Shown piece after piece: positions 26,873 through 36,179 of a stretch of 64,000 nucleotides of DNA. Each line of letters begins with the position of its first letter. Within the stretch, counting starts at the first letter, position 1. This DNA is from a bacterium (lineage in GTDB: Bacteria > Patescibacteriota > Minisyncoccia > Phycocordibacterales > CAIZIN01), in assembly GCA_037131675.1 (NCBI GenBank), contig JBAXQO010000002.1, positions 15,166 through 79,165 of the forward strand, given 5' to 3'. The notes under the pieces were generated by a model. That model was not told the origin of the DNA, did not search any database, and saw only the letters and a list, made by a program, of their open reading frames with translations. Both the position numbers and the translations under genes were made by a program.

Positions 26873-27970
26873 ATGTTTCACTACTCAAAAGTTATAAGTG
26901 TAATTATTTTTATATTTATGGCCCTATGCTCCACACCTAATACTTATGCTTTTTCGTTGGCTCCAAGTTCTGCAACTTCGTTACCTGGATATGTTCGTAT
27001 TTTTTATTATCAAGAAGGAAAAAATGCCAGGAAATCTTTTACAGAAAACCTAGGTTCCGTAGATGTGTTGGCACCACAAACATATTCCTTAAATGCATCA
27101 GGAGAACTTAACGGAAGTGTTAATTCTGACATATTTAAACTAGCTCAGAAAAATAATATTAAAGTGATGCCTCTTGTGACCAATAACGGTTTTGGGCAGG
27201 CATCTATCAAAGCCATCTTAAATGATTCAGTAAAGCAGGATAGGGCAATAGCAATGCTTGTTTTGGAAGCAAAGAAACAGGGGTATTGGGGTTGGCAGGT
27301 TGATTTTGAACAGATGGATTTATCCTACAGAGATGCATTTTCTTCTTTTATAAAAAAACTAGGTGCATCAATGAAGGATGAAGGTCTTGTATTAAGTGTT
27401 GCCGTTATTGCTCAGATATCTGAAAACCCAAGTGATTATCCAAAAAATCTTTGGCAGAGGATAATTGGTGTGTACGATTATGCAGCACTCTCTTCTAGTA
27501 CTGACTTTATAAGCGTTATGTCTTATGATGATCCTGAATCAACGGGTCCGGTGGCTCGATATTCTTGGATGGAAAAAGTAATTGCTCATAGTTTAAAATA
27601 TATTCCAAAAGAAAAATTATCTCTTGGTATACCTCTTTACTATTGGAAGTGGGATACAGCACGTGGAAAAATTGTAGGAATTGGCGGGAATACAACACTT
27701 CAAGAAACTCTGAAAAAATATAAGGTCACAAAAGGTTATAGTGAAAAAGAACAGGCGCCATTTATGAAATATAAAATTGCAAAAAAAAGTTATACAATCT
27801 GGTACGAGAATGCAAAAAGTATAACCAAGAAACTTGAATTGATAACAAAAAATGATTTGTATGGTTTCTCAGCGTGGGCATTAGGTCTTGAGACGGCAGA
27901 GACACATTCTGCTTTTCAAGATGGAGTTTTACAAACAGCTTCCGCTGTATCATCTCTCAGTCTAAGATAA
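26873..27970 (+). CDS. secreted glycoside hydrolase family 18-like protein (YaaH/YdhD-type)
   Basis: Signal peptide; GH18 motifs WGWQVDFEQ (catalytic DxE) and MSYDD. Confidence 0.55.
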   Translation: MFHYSKVISVIIFIFMALCSTPNTYAFSLAPSSATSLPGYVRIFYYQEGKNARKSFTENLGSVDVLAPQTYSLNASGELNGSVNSDIFKLAQKNNIKVMPLVTNNGFGQASIKAILNDSVKQDRAIAMLVLEAKKQGYWGWQVDFEQMDLSYRDAFSSFIKKLGASMKDEGLVLSVAVIAQISENPSDYPKNLWQRIIGVYDYAALSSSTDFISVMSYDDPESTGPVARYSWMEKVIAHSLKYIPKEKLSLGIPLYYWKWDTARGKIVGIGGNTTLQETLKKYKVTKGYSEKEQAPFMKYKIAKKSYTIWYENAKSITKKLELITKNDLYGFSAWALGLETAETHSAFQDGVLQTASAVSSLSLR

Positions 27971-27971
27971 T

Positions 27972-28011
27972 ACAAAATCCTCTACAGAAACTATCTGGTA
28001 GAGGATTTTGT
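27972..28011. terminator. bidirectional terminator hairpin
   Basis: Perfect 14-bp stem acaaaatcctctac / gtagaggattttgt between convergent genes. Confidence 0.65.
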
Positions 28012-28015
28012 ATTG

Positions 28016-28204
28016 CTATGCCTGAACTTTTGATTCAAGCCAGCTCAACATCTTATCATCTGACATGTGCATTTCTTTGATTTTATCTGGGTGGCTGCTT
28101 TTTAGGTGATTCATCATTTTTTGAGCAACGTCTTTTTCTGTTCCACCATTAGCTACGAAATCACAATCAATTTTTGGATCAATATCTTTACAAGCTAGTT
28201 TCAT
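28016..28204 (-). CDS. DUF1059 small metal-binding protein
   Basis: MKLACKDIDPKIDCDFVANGGTEKDVAQKMMNHLKSSH matches the DUF1059 C..DC...TEEE...H...H pattern. Confidence 0.55.
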   Translation of the reverse strand: MKLACKDIDPKIDCDFVANGGTEKDVAQKMMNHLKSSHPDKIKEMHMSDDKMLSWLESKVQA

Positions 28205-28315
28205 ATTTTTTGTATTAAAGTGACTACTAAGAAAGGTTAGTAAAATCGACCATAATCATAGGCTGATTTATATTCATATTACTATTCTTATCATGAAGAA
28301 GGTGTGAAGTGGTAT

Positions 28316-29212
28316 TTAATATTTTGGAATAACTCTGTTTAATATATTTTTCACATTATTTATTGGTATGGAAAAATTGATATTGTTTGAGTCTATTGCT
28401 GTCGCAACGTTTATTCCTATCACATCACCGTTTAGATCTGTAAGAGGTCCTCCTGAATTTCCTGGATTTACTGACACATCTGTTTGTATAACTCCCTTTA
28501 ATTTTTCGGTTGCGGTTGTGTTTTCATCACCTGCTTCGATGTCTCTGTTGAGACCAGATACAATACCTAAAGAAACTGTGTTGTTATATTCTCCTAAAGC
28601 ATTTCCCACTGCTATTACTGTTTGTCCAATCTTTAGATTTGATGAGTCCCCAAGCGATGCTGTGTTTTGGTATGAACCATCTATTTTTAATATGGCAATA
28701 TCGCGAACCTTGTCTTGATAAAATATTTTTGCAACTTTAGTATCTCCGTTTAAAAGGGTGACTGTATATTCTGCGTCAGTGTCTGAAACTACATGATTGT
28801 TTGTAAGTACATATCCGTGCCTGTCTATAATAATTCCTGTTCCTGCTCCTATTTTTTCTTTTTTATCTCCCTTTTTTTTAACTACTGGAATTTTAAAACC
28901 AAAATCTTTTAGACTCGGATCGTTTTCAAATGGGTTCGTGTAATAAACATCTATATTTGGAATGCTTTTCAGTATAGTTACTGAAACTACTGCTGGTGTT
29001 ATTTTTGAAACAGCCGATGTTGTGAGTTGTTCTTGAGTCTGAAATTCTTCATCTTTACTATTTGCTAAATAACCTCTTGAGTTTTTTGTGATGACGTTGA
29101 TTTGGTTTTGCAGTAGTCCAATCTGGTTTTTGTAAAAAGCTGACTGATACACACTGAAAGCTGTAAGTCCGAGAAGTGTAAGTCCAGCAACAAAATAAGT
29201 CACTTTTTTCAT
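28316..29212 (-). CDS. membrane-anchored trypsin-like serine protease (S1C/HtrA-like, no PDZ domain)
   Basis: N-terminal TM; catalytic triad contexts LTNNHVV, DIAILKI and GNSGGPL. Confidence 0.75.
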   Translation of the reverse strand: MKKVTYFVAGLTLLGLTAFSVYQSAFYKNQIGLLQNQINVITKNSRGYLANSKDEEFQTQEQLTTSAVSKITPAVVSVTILKSIPNIDVYYTNPFENDPSLKDFGFKIPVVKKKGDKKEKIGAGTGIIIDRHGYVLTNNHVVSDTDAEYTVTLLNGDTKVAKIFYQDKVRDIAILKIDGSYQNTASLGDSSNLKIGQTVIAVGNALGEYNNTVSLGIVSGLNRDIEAGDENTTATEKLKGVIQTDVSVNPGNSGGPLTDLNGDVIGINVATAIDSNNINFSIPINNVKNILNRVIPKY

Positions 29213-29395
29213 AATTCTTACTATATTCCCATGTCCATGAACATATAATGAAGTCTAAATAATGTGTCGAGTCATGTAAAAAACTAACACCTAAGATGAA
29301 TTCATAATTTATATTGTCTTGATTTTTTAAGACAGCAGATAGAGAATGGAATTAGATTCGAGGAATTTCACTAATACACTAATTTTAAATAAACG

Positions 29396-29842
29396 ATGAC
29401 AATATTTAATTTAGAGGGATACATTTCAGAGTTAAAAAAAATAATGGCAATGCCAGCTCAGACGCTAAAAGTTGTTATAATTGATGATTCTTCTGCAGAT
29501 GTTAAATATCTTGAGTTTGTATTAAAAAATTGGCCAAAAATAAAACTCATAACATATATTCAAAGCTCAGGCACAGTGCCGAAAGTAGCTTTTGATACAG
29601 ATATATTACTTTTGGATTATTATCTTGATGGAATAACAGGGGACTACATTGCTCGAGATTTAAGATCAAGAGATTTTGAGGGTTTGATTTCAAGTATAAG
29701 CACATCTATAAGTCCTGCGTGGTCTTATTTACATTTTCCTTATAAAAAAGAAATATTACATAGTGAATTATATGCGTGTGGTTTTGTGCATTACATGAAT
29801 GAACTTATTAAACACTCTCAAGAAATGAGAAAGTGGAGATAA
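29396..29842 (+). CDS. orphan single-domain response-regulator receiver (CheY-like)
   Basis: VVIIDDSSAD, phospho-Asp context ILLLDYYLDG, and conserved Ser and Lys positions. No output domain, and no histidine kinase in the window. Confidence 0.5.
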   Translation: MTIFNLEGYISELKKIMAMPAQTLKVVIIDDSSADVKYLEFVLKNWPKIKLITYIQSSGTVPKVAFDTDILLLDYYLDGITGDYIARDLRSRDFEGLISSISTSISPAWSYLHFPYKKEILHSELYACGFVHYMNELIKHSQEMRKWR

Positions 29843-29857
29843 TATAATTTAATCTTT

Positions 29858-30352
29858 ATGCATATCTCAAATGGTTTACCAAAATTTGAAAATGTAAATG
29901 CTCTTATTGTTGTCATGGGGGCAAAATCTGTACTCTTCTATACAGGATCCAACTCTACATTGGAAGAACTTGAGTCTTTTTACTTGAAGGAACCAGAGTA
30001 TTCAAAGAATCGGACGATGAGAGGTGTGAATGCTGAAAAAGGAAAATCTAGTTTACGTTCAGCTTACACATCTAGGGGACCCTCTTTACTTACAGATTTT
30101 TTGCAGGGTTTCTATAAACATTTGGTTAATATTTTAAAACAAAATGTTATAACAAAAATATATATGTTTTGTCCAACATATATGGAAGCGAGGGTGAGAA
30201 ATATTCTACCTAAAGACATTCATAATAAAATAGTTGCTGTCCATCGAGGAAACTTTGTAAAAAAACATCCTTTTGAGATACTTAAAATGCTTGAAATGGA
30301 TCATGGTATAGAAGGGGTGGTTATCGAAAATAATGAAGAAGAAATTGACTAA
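29858..30352 (+). CDS. hypothetical protein
   Basis: 164 aa, 15 nt downstream of the receiver gene. The N-terminal hydrophobic/Gly motif ALIVVMGAKSVLFY loosely recalls host-attachment/baeRF-like proteins (very tentative). Confidence 0.4.
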   Translation: MHISNGLPKFENVNALIVVMGAKSVLFYTGSNSTLEELESFYLKEPEYSKNRTMRGVNAEKGKSSLRSAYTSRGPSLLTDFLQGFYKHLVNILKQNVITKIYMFCPTYMEARVRNILPKDIHNKIVAVHRGNFVKKHPFEILKMLEMDHGIEGVVIENNEEEID

Positions 30353-30450
30353 AATAATGCTACTGTTGACAAAATGTATATAATAGTATACTATCAAGCA
30401 GTAAGTTAATCTCATTAGTTTTGTTTTTGAACAGGGTATTCGTATCGAAA

Positions 30451-30577
30451 CTTTAGAGATTAGAGTCAGTAAACTATTGACTCATATTTAGTCGCCTTAC
30501 TTTAATCTCTAAAGACTAATATATTTCTCGTCGTCTAATAAGTACGAGAAGTAGAACTCTTTCTTAGTAAGAAAGAG
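30451..30577 (+). promoter_or_regulatory. structured 5' leader of the DEAD-box helicase gene (four hairpins)
   Basis: A 12-bp long-range pair ctttagagatta/taatctctaaag encloses gagtca/tgactc, then ttctcgt/acgagaa, then ctctttctta-g-taagaaagag, ending 13 nt before the ATG. Confidence 0.4.
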
Positions 30578-30589
30578 CTTTGTAATTTT

Positions 30590-31867
30590 ATGTATAATAA
30601 ACCGTTTTCAAAAAGAACAAGCAGTGCTGGTGGTAATGGTGGTGGCTATGGTGACCGTGGTCGCTCAAGTGGCGGAAGTCGCTTTGGTGGTGCAAGTCGC
30701 TCAGGCGGCAGCCGTTTTGGTGGTAATCGCTTTGGCGGCAATCGCCGTGGTGGTGGTCCAAAAGGTCAACGTATTGATGTTTCTAAATTTATAAACAAAG
30801 CAGTTATTACTGAAGAAGTAGATGTTTTTGTTCCTGAACATTCTTTTATGGATTTCACATTTGAGGAATCCTTGAAAAAGAATATCGTAACAAAGGGTTA
30901 TGTAAATCCTTCTCCAATTCAAGATCGAGCTATTCCTCATGTGCTTCGTGGTGAAGATGTTGTTGGTATTGCAAACACAGGTACTGGTAAAACAGCTGCG
31001 TTTCTTCTTCCTCTCATCAACAAAGCAATTCTTAACCCAGATGAACAGGTGTTAATCATGGCTCCAACACGTGAGCTCGCACTTCAGATTGAACAAGAAT
31101 TAAAATCATTTACACAAGGACTAAAACAATATTCAGTTTGTTGTGTTGGTGGCGCATACATTGGTAAGCAGATTTCTGAACTACGATATTTCAACAATTT
31201 CGTCATCGGTACACCAGGACGATTGAAAGATTTGATTGAACGAAGAAATATCAAACTCGCAACTTTTAAAACAGTTGTACTTGATGAAGCTGACCGTATG
31301 CTTGATATGGGATTTATTAATGATATGCGATATATCATGAGTCTCATGCAGAAGGATCGACAAACTCTTTTCTTCTCCGCAACACTTTCTCCAGAAATTG
31401 AAAAATTAATTCATGAGTTTTTGAAAAATCCAGTTCGTATTTCTGTAAAGACTCGCGATACTTCAAAGAATATCGACCAAGACATCGTTCGAGTAAAAGG
31501 TGCTACAAAGCTAGATGTACTTCATGATCTTTTGGTTCAGCCAGAATTCAACAAAGTACTTATCTTCGGACGCACAAAGCATGGTGTTGAGAAGTTAACT
31601 GGCATGCTGGTGGAACGTGGTTTCAAAGCAGCTTCTATTCACGGTGATAAAGTGCATTCACAACGACAACGAGCTCTCAAGCTTTTCAAAGATGAAGCCG
31701 TGCAGGTGCTAATTGCAACTGATGTTGCTGCACGAGGTTTGGATATTCCAAATGTCTCTCATGTGATCAACTACGAAATTCCTCAGACTTACGAAGACTA
31801 TGTACACCGCATCGGCCGAACAGGTCGTGGTGACAAGATGGGTAAGGCTCTGACATTTGTAGAATAA
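30590..31867 (+). CDS. DEAD-box ATP-dependent RNA helicase with an N-terminal Gly/Arg-rich (RGG) tail
   Basis: Q-motif, motif I ANTGTGKT, DEAD (VLDEADRM), SAT, and HRIGRTGR. The protein ends 11 aa after motif VI; the N-terminus is GGSRFGG repeats. Confidence 0.85.
   Translation: MYNKPFSKRTSSAGGNGGGYGDRGRSSGGSRFGGASRSGGSRFGGNRFGGNRRGGGPKGQRIDVSKFINKAVITEEVDVFVPEHSFMDFTFEESLKKNIVTKGYVNPSPIQDRAIPHVLRGEDVVGIANTGTGKTAAFLLPLINKAILNPDEQVLIMAPTRELALQIEQELKSFTQGLKQYSVCCVGGAYIGKQISELRYFNNFVIGTPGRLKDLIERRNIKLATFKTVVLDEADRMLDMGFINDMRYIMSLMQKDRQTLFFSATLSPEIEKLIHEFLKNPVRISVKTRDTSKNIDQDIVRVKGATKLDVLHDLLVQPEFNKVLIFGRTKHGVEKLTGMLVERGFKAASIHGDKVHSQRQRALKLFKDEAVQVLIATDVAARGLDIPNVSHVINYEIPQTYEDYVHRIGRTGRGDKMGKALTFVE
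30626..30770 (+). repeat. in-frame GGSRFGG/GNRFGG coding repeats (low complexity)
   Basis: gg(c/t)gg(a/c)...cgctttggtgg units repeated about 4 times. Confidence 0.5.
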
Positions 31868-31881
31868 ATTTTTTAACAAAA

Positions 31882-31916
31882 AAACACCAGACTGAAAAGT
31901 GTGGTGTTTTTTCTTT
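31882..31916. terminator. bidirectional rho-independent terminator
   Basis: acacca-12 nt-tggtgt followed by tttttctttt; it sits between convergent helicase and dgkA genes. Confidence 0.65.
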
Positions 31917-31932
31917 TTAGCTCATTGATTTA

Positions 31933-32331
31933 TTATATTTGAAAAAAATAAGGTAGAAATATAATTAACCCAACAATAATAGCTGTAATTGAAGATATTA
32001 GAACTGCTCCAGCGGCGACATCTTTAGTGTCTCTTGCATAAGGGTGGTATTCAGGAGAAGTTAGGTCGATATCAATTTCAATAGCAGTATTAAAAGCTTC
32101 TGAAACTAGTACGAAGCCAGAAGTAAGAACGAGTGCTAGCCATTCCACTTGAGTGATGTGAAAATATAAGCCCAGTAAGACAGCACAAAGAAGAATGGAA
32201 AGATGTATCCACGCATTGTGAGTACTTTTTATAAAAATCCAAGTACCACGACCTGCATAAGTAAAACTTTCTGCGCGTTTTACAATAGAAAATTTTTTTG
32301 TTTGGCTAATTTTTTTAATTTCATTCATCAT
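31933..32331 (-). CDS. dgkA: diacylglycerol kinase / undecaprenol kinase
   Basis: Three TM helices; motifs EAFNTAIE and RDTKDVAAGAVL. Confidence 0.75.
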   Translation of the reverse strand: MMNEIKKISQTKKFSIVKRAESFTYAGRGTWIFIKSTHNAWIHLSILLCAVLLGLYFHITQVEWLALVLTSGFVLVSEAFNTAIEIDIDLTSPEYHPYARDTKDVAAGAVLISSITAIIVGLIIFLPYFFQI

Positions 32332-32385
32332 ATAAATGACATTATATCAAAAGTTATATTTTAATATATGTATATGAAAATATAT

Positions 32386-33873
32386 TTATTCCGCAAAGAC
32401 TTCTTCCGCGGCTGCTTTTTTGTCTCCTTTGATCCAGAATGAAGCAAAAGCTCCAATGAGAACAAGTATCGAGGAGACAATAAACACAGTGCCATAGGCT
32501 GAAATCTGGGCTTTGAGGGATATTAGGGCAGTGGCTTGTTTGAATTGTTCCGCTGTGTGGAGGTGAAGAATGCTATTTTTTGAAATTGTAAGAATATTAC
32601 TTTCAATTGATTTTGTAAGGATTGTTCCGAAGATTGCAATACCGAATGCGCCGGCAATATTTCGCACAAGCGCTAGAACTCCAGATGCAATTCCAATTTC
32701 ATCATGAGGTACTGCAGATGCAATAATATTTGTTCGCTGTGCCATACCAAAGCCAAGGCCGAATGCCATTATTGATAATGGAATCATGATGTCTAAGGCT
32801 CCTGAGCGCGCATCGATAAAAGAGAATAAGTACAGGCCGATGGCTGCAACAAAGGTACTTGCGGCAATAACATAGCGAGGTTGAACTTTTCCAATGAGTC
32901 TGCCTCCGATAGGTGCTCCGAGCATCATTGCAAATGCCATCGGCATAAAGAGGTACCCACTTTGTGTTGCGTCATATCCTAGAAAAGTTTGAGCAAAAAT
33001 TGGGATTAGGAAGAGGCTTCCCATCATTCCCATGAAGACAATGAAGTTATTGAAAAGTGCGTTTACGAAAATTGGAATTTTGAAAAATTTAAAATCAACA
33101 ATTGGTTCAGGGTGGTTGATTTCGATTTTTGCAAATATGAAACTAAAAATAATTATTGAAACGTAGGACAAAATACTTTCATATGAAAGCCATCCCCAGT
33201 CCAAACCTTTGTCGAGCACAAGTACGAGCGATGCAAGCGCACCGCCGAGAGTGAGTGCGCCCCACCAGTCGAAGTTTAATGTTTTCTTTTCTGAAGTAGA
33301 TTCGTGTACATATTTATTTGCCATCAAAATACCGATAATTCCAATAGGTAAGTTGATGAGGAAAACAGAACGCCAACCGAAGTTGTCGATGAGTGGTCCG
33401 CCGAGAAGTGGTCCAAAAACTGTGGCTGCTGCAAATGAAGCAGACCAAATACCCAGAGCCTGGGCGCGCTCTTTACCTTCTGTAAATGTGACTGCAATAA
33501 TTGCCATGGCGGTAGGGTAGTCAGCAGATCCTGCGATAGCTTGGATAACCCTAAAAACGAGAAGGGAAGAAAGGTTCCACGATAGACCTGCAAGAATGGA
33601 GCCGACGATAAACATACTAAAGCCGATAATGTAAATTTTTTTTCTACCCAATGTGTCTCCAAGTTTTCCCCATACTGGAACAAAAACAGCATTCGCTAAA
33701 ATGTATGCAGTTGCAATCCAACCAGCAGCAGAAACAGTGATGCTGAAATCATCAATTATTTTTGGAAGGGCAAGGTTGACGATGGTTTGGTCGAGACGTC
33801 CAAGAAACGTGCCGACCATGACGGTCAAAAGCACGAGCCATTTTAGATTTTTATTTTCTTGGGTTTTTTCCAT
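32386..33873 (-). CDS. emrB: MFS drug-efflux transporter, DHA2 (EmrB/QacA, 14-TM) family
   Basis: 495 aa with about 14 TM helices and MFS motif A GKLGDTLGRKK. Confidence 0.8.
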   Translation of the reverse strand: MEKTQENKNLKWLVLLTVMVGTFLGRLDQTIVNLALPKIIDDFSITVSAAGWIATAYILANAVFVPVWGKLGDTLGRKKIYIIGFSMFIVGSILAGLSWNLSSLLVFRVIQAIAGSADYPTAMAIIAVTFTEGKERAQALGIWSASFAAATVFGPLLGGPLIDNFGWRSVFLINLPIGIIGILMANKYVHESTSEKKTLNFDWWGALTLGGALASLVLVLDKGLDWGWLSYESILSYVSIIIFSFIFAKIEINHPEPIVDFKFFKIPIFVNALFNNFIVFMGMMGSLFLIPIFAQTFLGYDATQSGYLFMPMAFAMMLGAPIGGRLIGKVQPRYVIAASTFVAAIGLYLFSFIDARSGALDIMIPLSIMAFGLGFGMAQRTNIIASAVPHDEIGIASGVLALVRNIAGAFGIAIFGTILTKSIESNILTISKNSILHLHTAEQFKQATALISLKAQISAYGTVFIVSSILVLIGAFASFWIKGDKKAAAEEVFAE

Positions 33874-33903
33874 TTTTTTATTTCAGTCTGACGAAAGTGT
33901 ATG

Positions 33904-33979
33904 TTTTCAGGAAACTTGGGAGGAGTGGCGACGACGGACAGAGAAAATTTTTAGCAAAAAATTTTCGTGTTCCTGAAAA
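33904..33979 (-). repeat. copy B of the ~76-nt repeated element, inside the efflux operon
   Basis: Reverse complement of 33935-33979 is 42/44 identical to 16055-16098. Flanked by a perfect 10-bp inverted repeat ttttcaggaa/ttcctgaaaa. Lies between the MFP stop (33996) and the emrB start (33873). Confidence 0.6.
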
Positions 33980-33995
33980 TATGCACTGAGGTATT

Positions 33996-34715
33996 TTAGT
34001 TTGTATAAATCCACAATTTTGCAGACATGCCATTTTGAAGTTCTGGATATTGGGTTGTGTTGAATCTTATTTTAACGTCGAATACACGAGTCTCTCTTTT
34101 ATCTGAAATGTTGAATACAATATCTCCTTGTCGAGCACTAGGACTAATTTCGTCTACGATACCTTCAAATTTTTTGCTACCAAACGCATCTACTGTAAAA
34201 GTCGCATGTTGTCCAATTTTAATTTCATTCAAACCTTTATCTTCGTCGATATGTCCGACAACACGGAGGTCATCGGGGTTTACTACTGTAACCACAGCCT
34301 CACCGCGATTGAAAAGTTTGCCAATTGAATCTTGTGTTTTTGTTACCACGCCCGCATCCTTTGTTTTGATGAGTTCGTTATCTACTCTAGCAACTACGGA
34401 ATTTGCATTAATGTAGTCACCTTGTTTTACAAAAACCTCCTGCAGAATTCCTGCATTTTGTGGCGCAAGGTCTGATGTTGGAGCAGAAATCTCGGCTTTG
34501 TCCGTGTATACTCTGCCAGAAGAATATTTCCAATAGGCGAATCCGCTCGCGCCTGCAATAATTAAGAATGAGATTAGTCCGAGGGCTATGTGAGAATTAC
34601 GGGAAAGTTTTTTAATGTCTTTCTCTTCATCTTTAATTTTTTTTAGAATTTCTTCTTCCTCGCGAAGAATTTTCTTTTCCTCATCGAGCATTTGTTTTTG
34701 TGTATCGTTTGTCAT
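33996..34715 (-). CDS. HlyD-family membrane fusion / periplasmic adaptor protein (EmrA-like, short)
   Basis: N-terminal charged coiled-coil, one TM, and a biotinyl/lipoyl-like beta domain. Adjacent to emrB. Confidence 0.6.
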   Translation of the reverse strand: MTNDTQKQMLDEEKKILREEEEILKKIKDEEKDIKKLSRNSHIALGLISFLIIAGASGFAYWKYSSGRVYTDKAEISAPTSDLAPQNAGILQEVFVKQGDYINANSVVARVDNELIKTKDAGVVTKTQDSIGKLFNRGEAVVTVVNPDDLRVVGHIDEDKGLNEIKIGQHATFTVDAFGSKKFEGIVDEISPSARQGDIVFNISDKRETRVFDVKIRFNTTQYPELQNGMSAKLWIYTN

Positions 34716-34718
34716 GTT

Positions 34719-36179
34719 TTAGTTGTTACCAAAGCTTGCTATTAAATCTCCTTCATTAAGTCCAGAAAGAACTTCCGTTTCTGTGTTTGTGTTCATGATA
34801 CCTGTGGTAATCTTTTTCTCGGAATATTCTTTTCCATTTTGAACAAGAACAAAAGTATCATTACCTCGACGGATAATTGCACGAGAAGGTACGACTAGTG
34901 CCTGATTTGATGTACGAGTGGAAACTTCTGCGTTTGCAGTCATACCAGAATAGATTTTACTATCTGACTTATCGAATAGAAGTGTTGCTTTGTATGTACC
35001 AACTCCGTTTGTCACCGTTTCTGATGGGTCAATGGCAGATACATGAGCGTTGAATATGTTGCCCGTGCCGTACGCGTCGAGAGTGATTGCCGCTTTATTG
35101 TCGACTGCGATTTTAGCAAGATCAACTTCTGGAATTTGTATCTCAACTTTAAATGCATCTTTTGTCATGATGCCGAAAGCTGGTGTTCCTGCTGCAAAAA
35201 ATTCTCCAACTTTTGGTTCGGCTTTTGTTACTATTCCTGAAAACGGAGCTCGGATAATTGTGTGATTAATTTGGCTTTGGATAGCATCAACAGCTGACTG
35301 AGCCTTTGATACTCGAGTTTCTTGAACGGGGCCACTTGCAGAAGTTCCTCGAAGGGACTCCTCTGCACTTGTGATATTTGAGAGTGTTGTGTTTATGTTT
35401 GCTCTGGCGGAGGCCACATCACTTTTATATTTATCAATTGTGCTTTGAGGAAGTGTATTGTTTGGTTCGAAGTTGTTTACTGCGCGTGATACATCATCAA
35501 GGAAATTTTTGACGGTCGTCAAATATGTTCTTGCTTGTTCCGCATCGGCATTTGAGATTGAATCAGATGAAAGATTGGTATTCATCGTGTGCCACTTAGT
35601 TAGAGTTTCTTCAATTACAATTCTTTCTCCGTTTATTTTTTCTTTCAAATCATAGTCATTAAAAGCAAAAAGAATTTTTGGGTTCATTGTGTCGGGGTCT
35701 GTAAAAAATTGGTCCACTTTATTGCGTACAGAATCATCTGCTGTGGTAAGACCGCCTTGAACAGTGTCGTAAAGTTTATGTTGTGCTGTCACGAGTTCTG
35801 TTGAAGTATTGCCTGAGCTACCTTGTAGTTGACTTAATTTTTCTTGTTCGGCTTTGAGATCGGCCTGTGCACCTTCAAGACTCGCATATAGTTCGTCTGA
35901 AGAAAGCGCCCCGAGAGTATCGCCGGCGTTTACTGAGTCACCAATTTTAACATTTACACGAGCAACTGAGCCGCTTTTATCAAATGCAAGTGATACGTTA
36001 TCGAGTGCTTCGACTTTTCCTGTCGCTGTAATTTTTTCAGTAATGTCTTTTCTTTCAACTTTCACAGTGTTGTAGTTTTGTGTACGAGAAGAAATGAGGA
36101 ATGTTGAACCAGCAATTATTCCTATTCCAATAAAGATAGATCCTCCAATTATAAATGTTTTGTTATGCAGTAAGTTCAT
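34719..36179 (-). CDS. efflux periplasmic adaptor / membrane fusion protein with a long coiled-coil hairpin
   Basis: N-terminal TM, lipoyl-like segment VERKDITEKITATGKVEA, long alpha-helical region, and C-terminal beta domains. Confidence 0.55.
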   Translation of the reverse strand: MNLLHNKTFIIGGSIFIGIGIIAGSTFLISSRTQNYNTVKVERKDITEKITATGKVEALDNVSLAFDKSGSVARVNVKIGDSVNAGDTLGALSSDELYASLEGAQADLKAEQEKLSQLQGSSGNTSTELVTAQHKLYDTVQGGLTTADDSVRNKVDQFFTDPDTMNPKILFAFNDYDLKEKINGERIVIEETLTKWHTMNTNLSSDSISNADAEQARTYLTTVKNFLDDVSRAVNNFEPNNTLPQSTIDKYKSDVASARANINTTLSNITSAEESLRGTSASGPVQETRVSKAQSAVDAIQSQINHTIIRAPFSGIVTKAEPKVGEFFAAGTPAFGIMTKDAFKVEIQIPEVDLAKIAVDNKAAITLDAYGTGNIFNAHVSAIDPSETVTNGVGTYKATLLFDKSDSKIYSGMTANAEVSTRTSNQALVVPSRAIIRRGNDTFVLVQNGKEYSEKKITTGIMNTNTETEVLSGLNEGDLIASFGNN

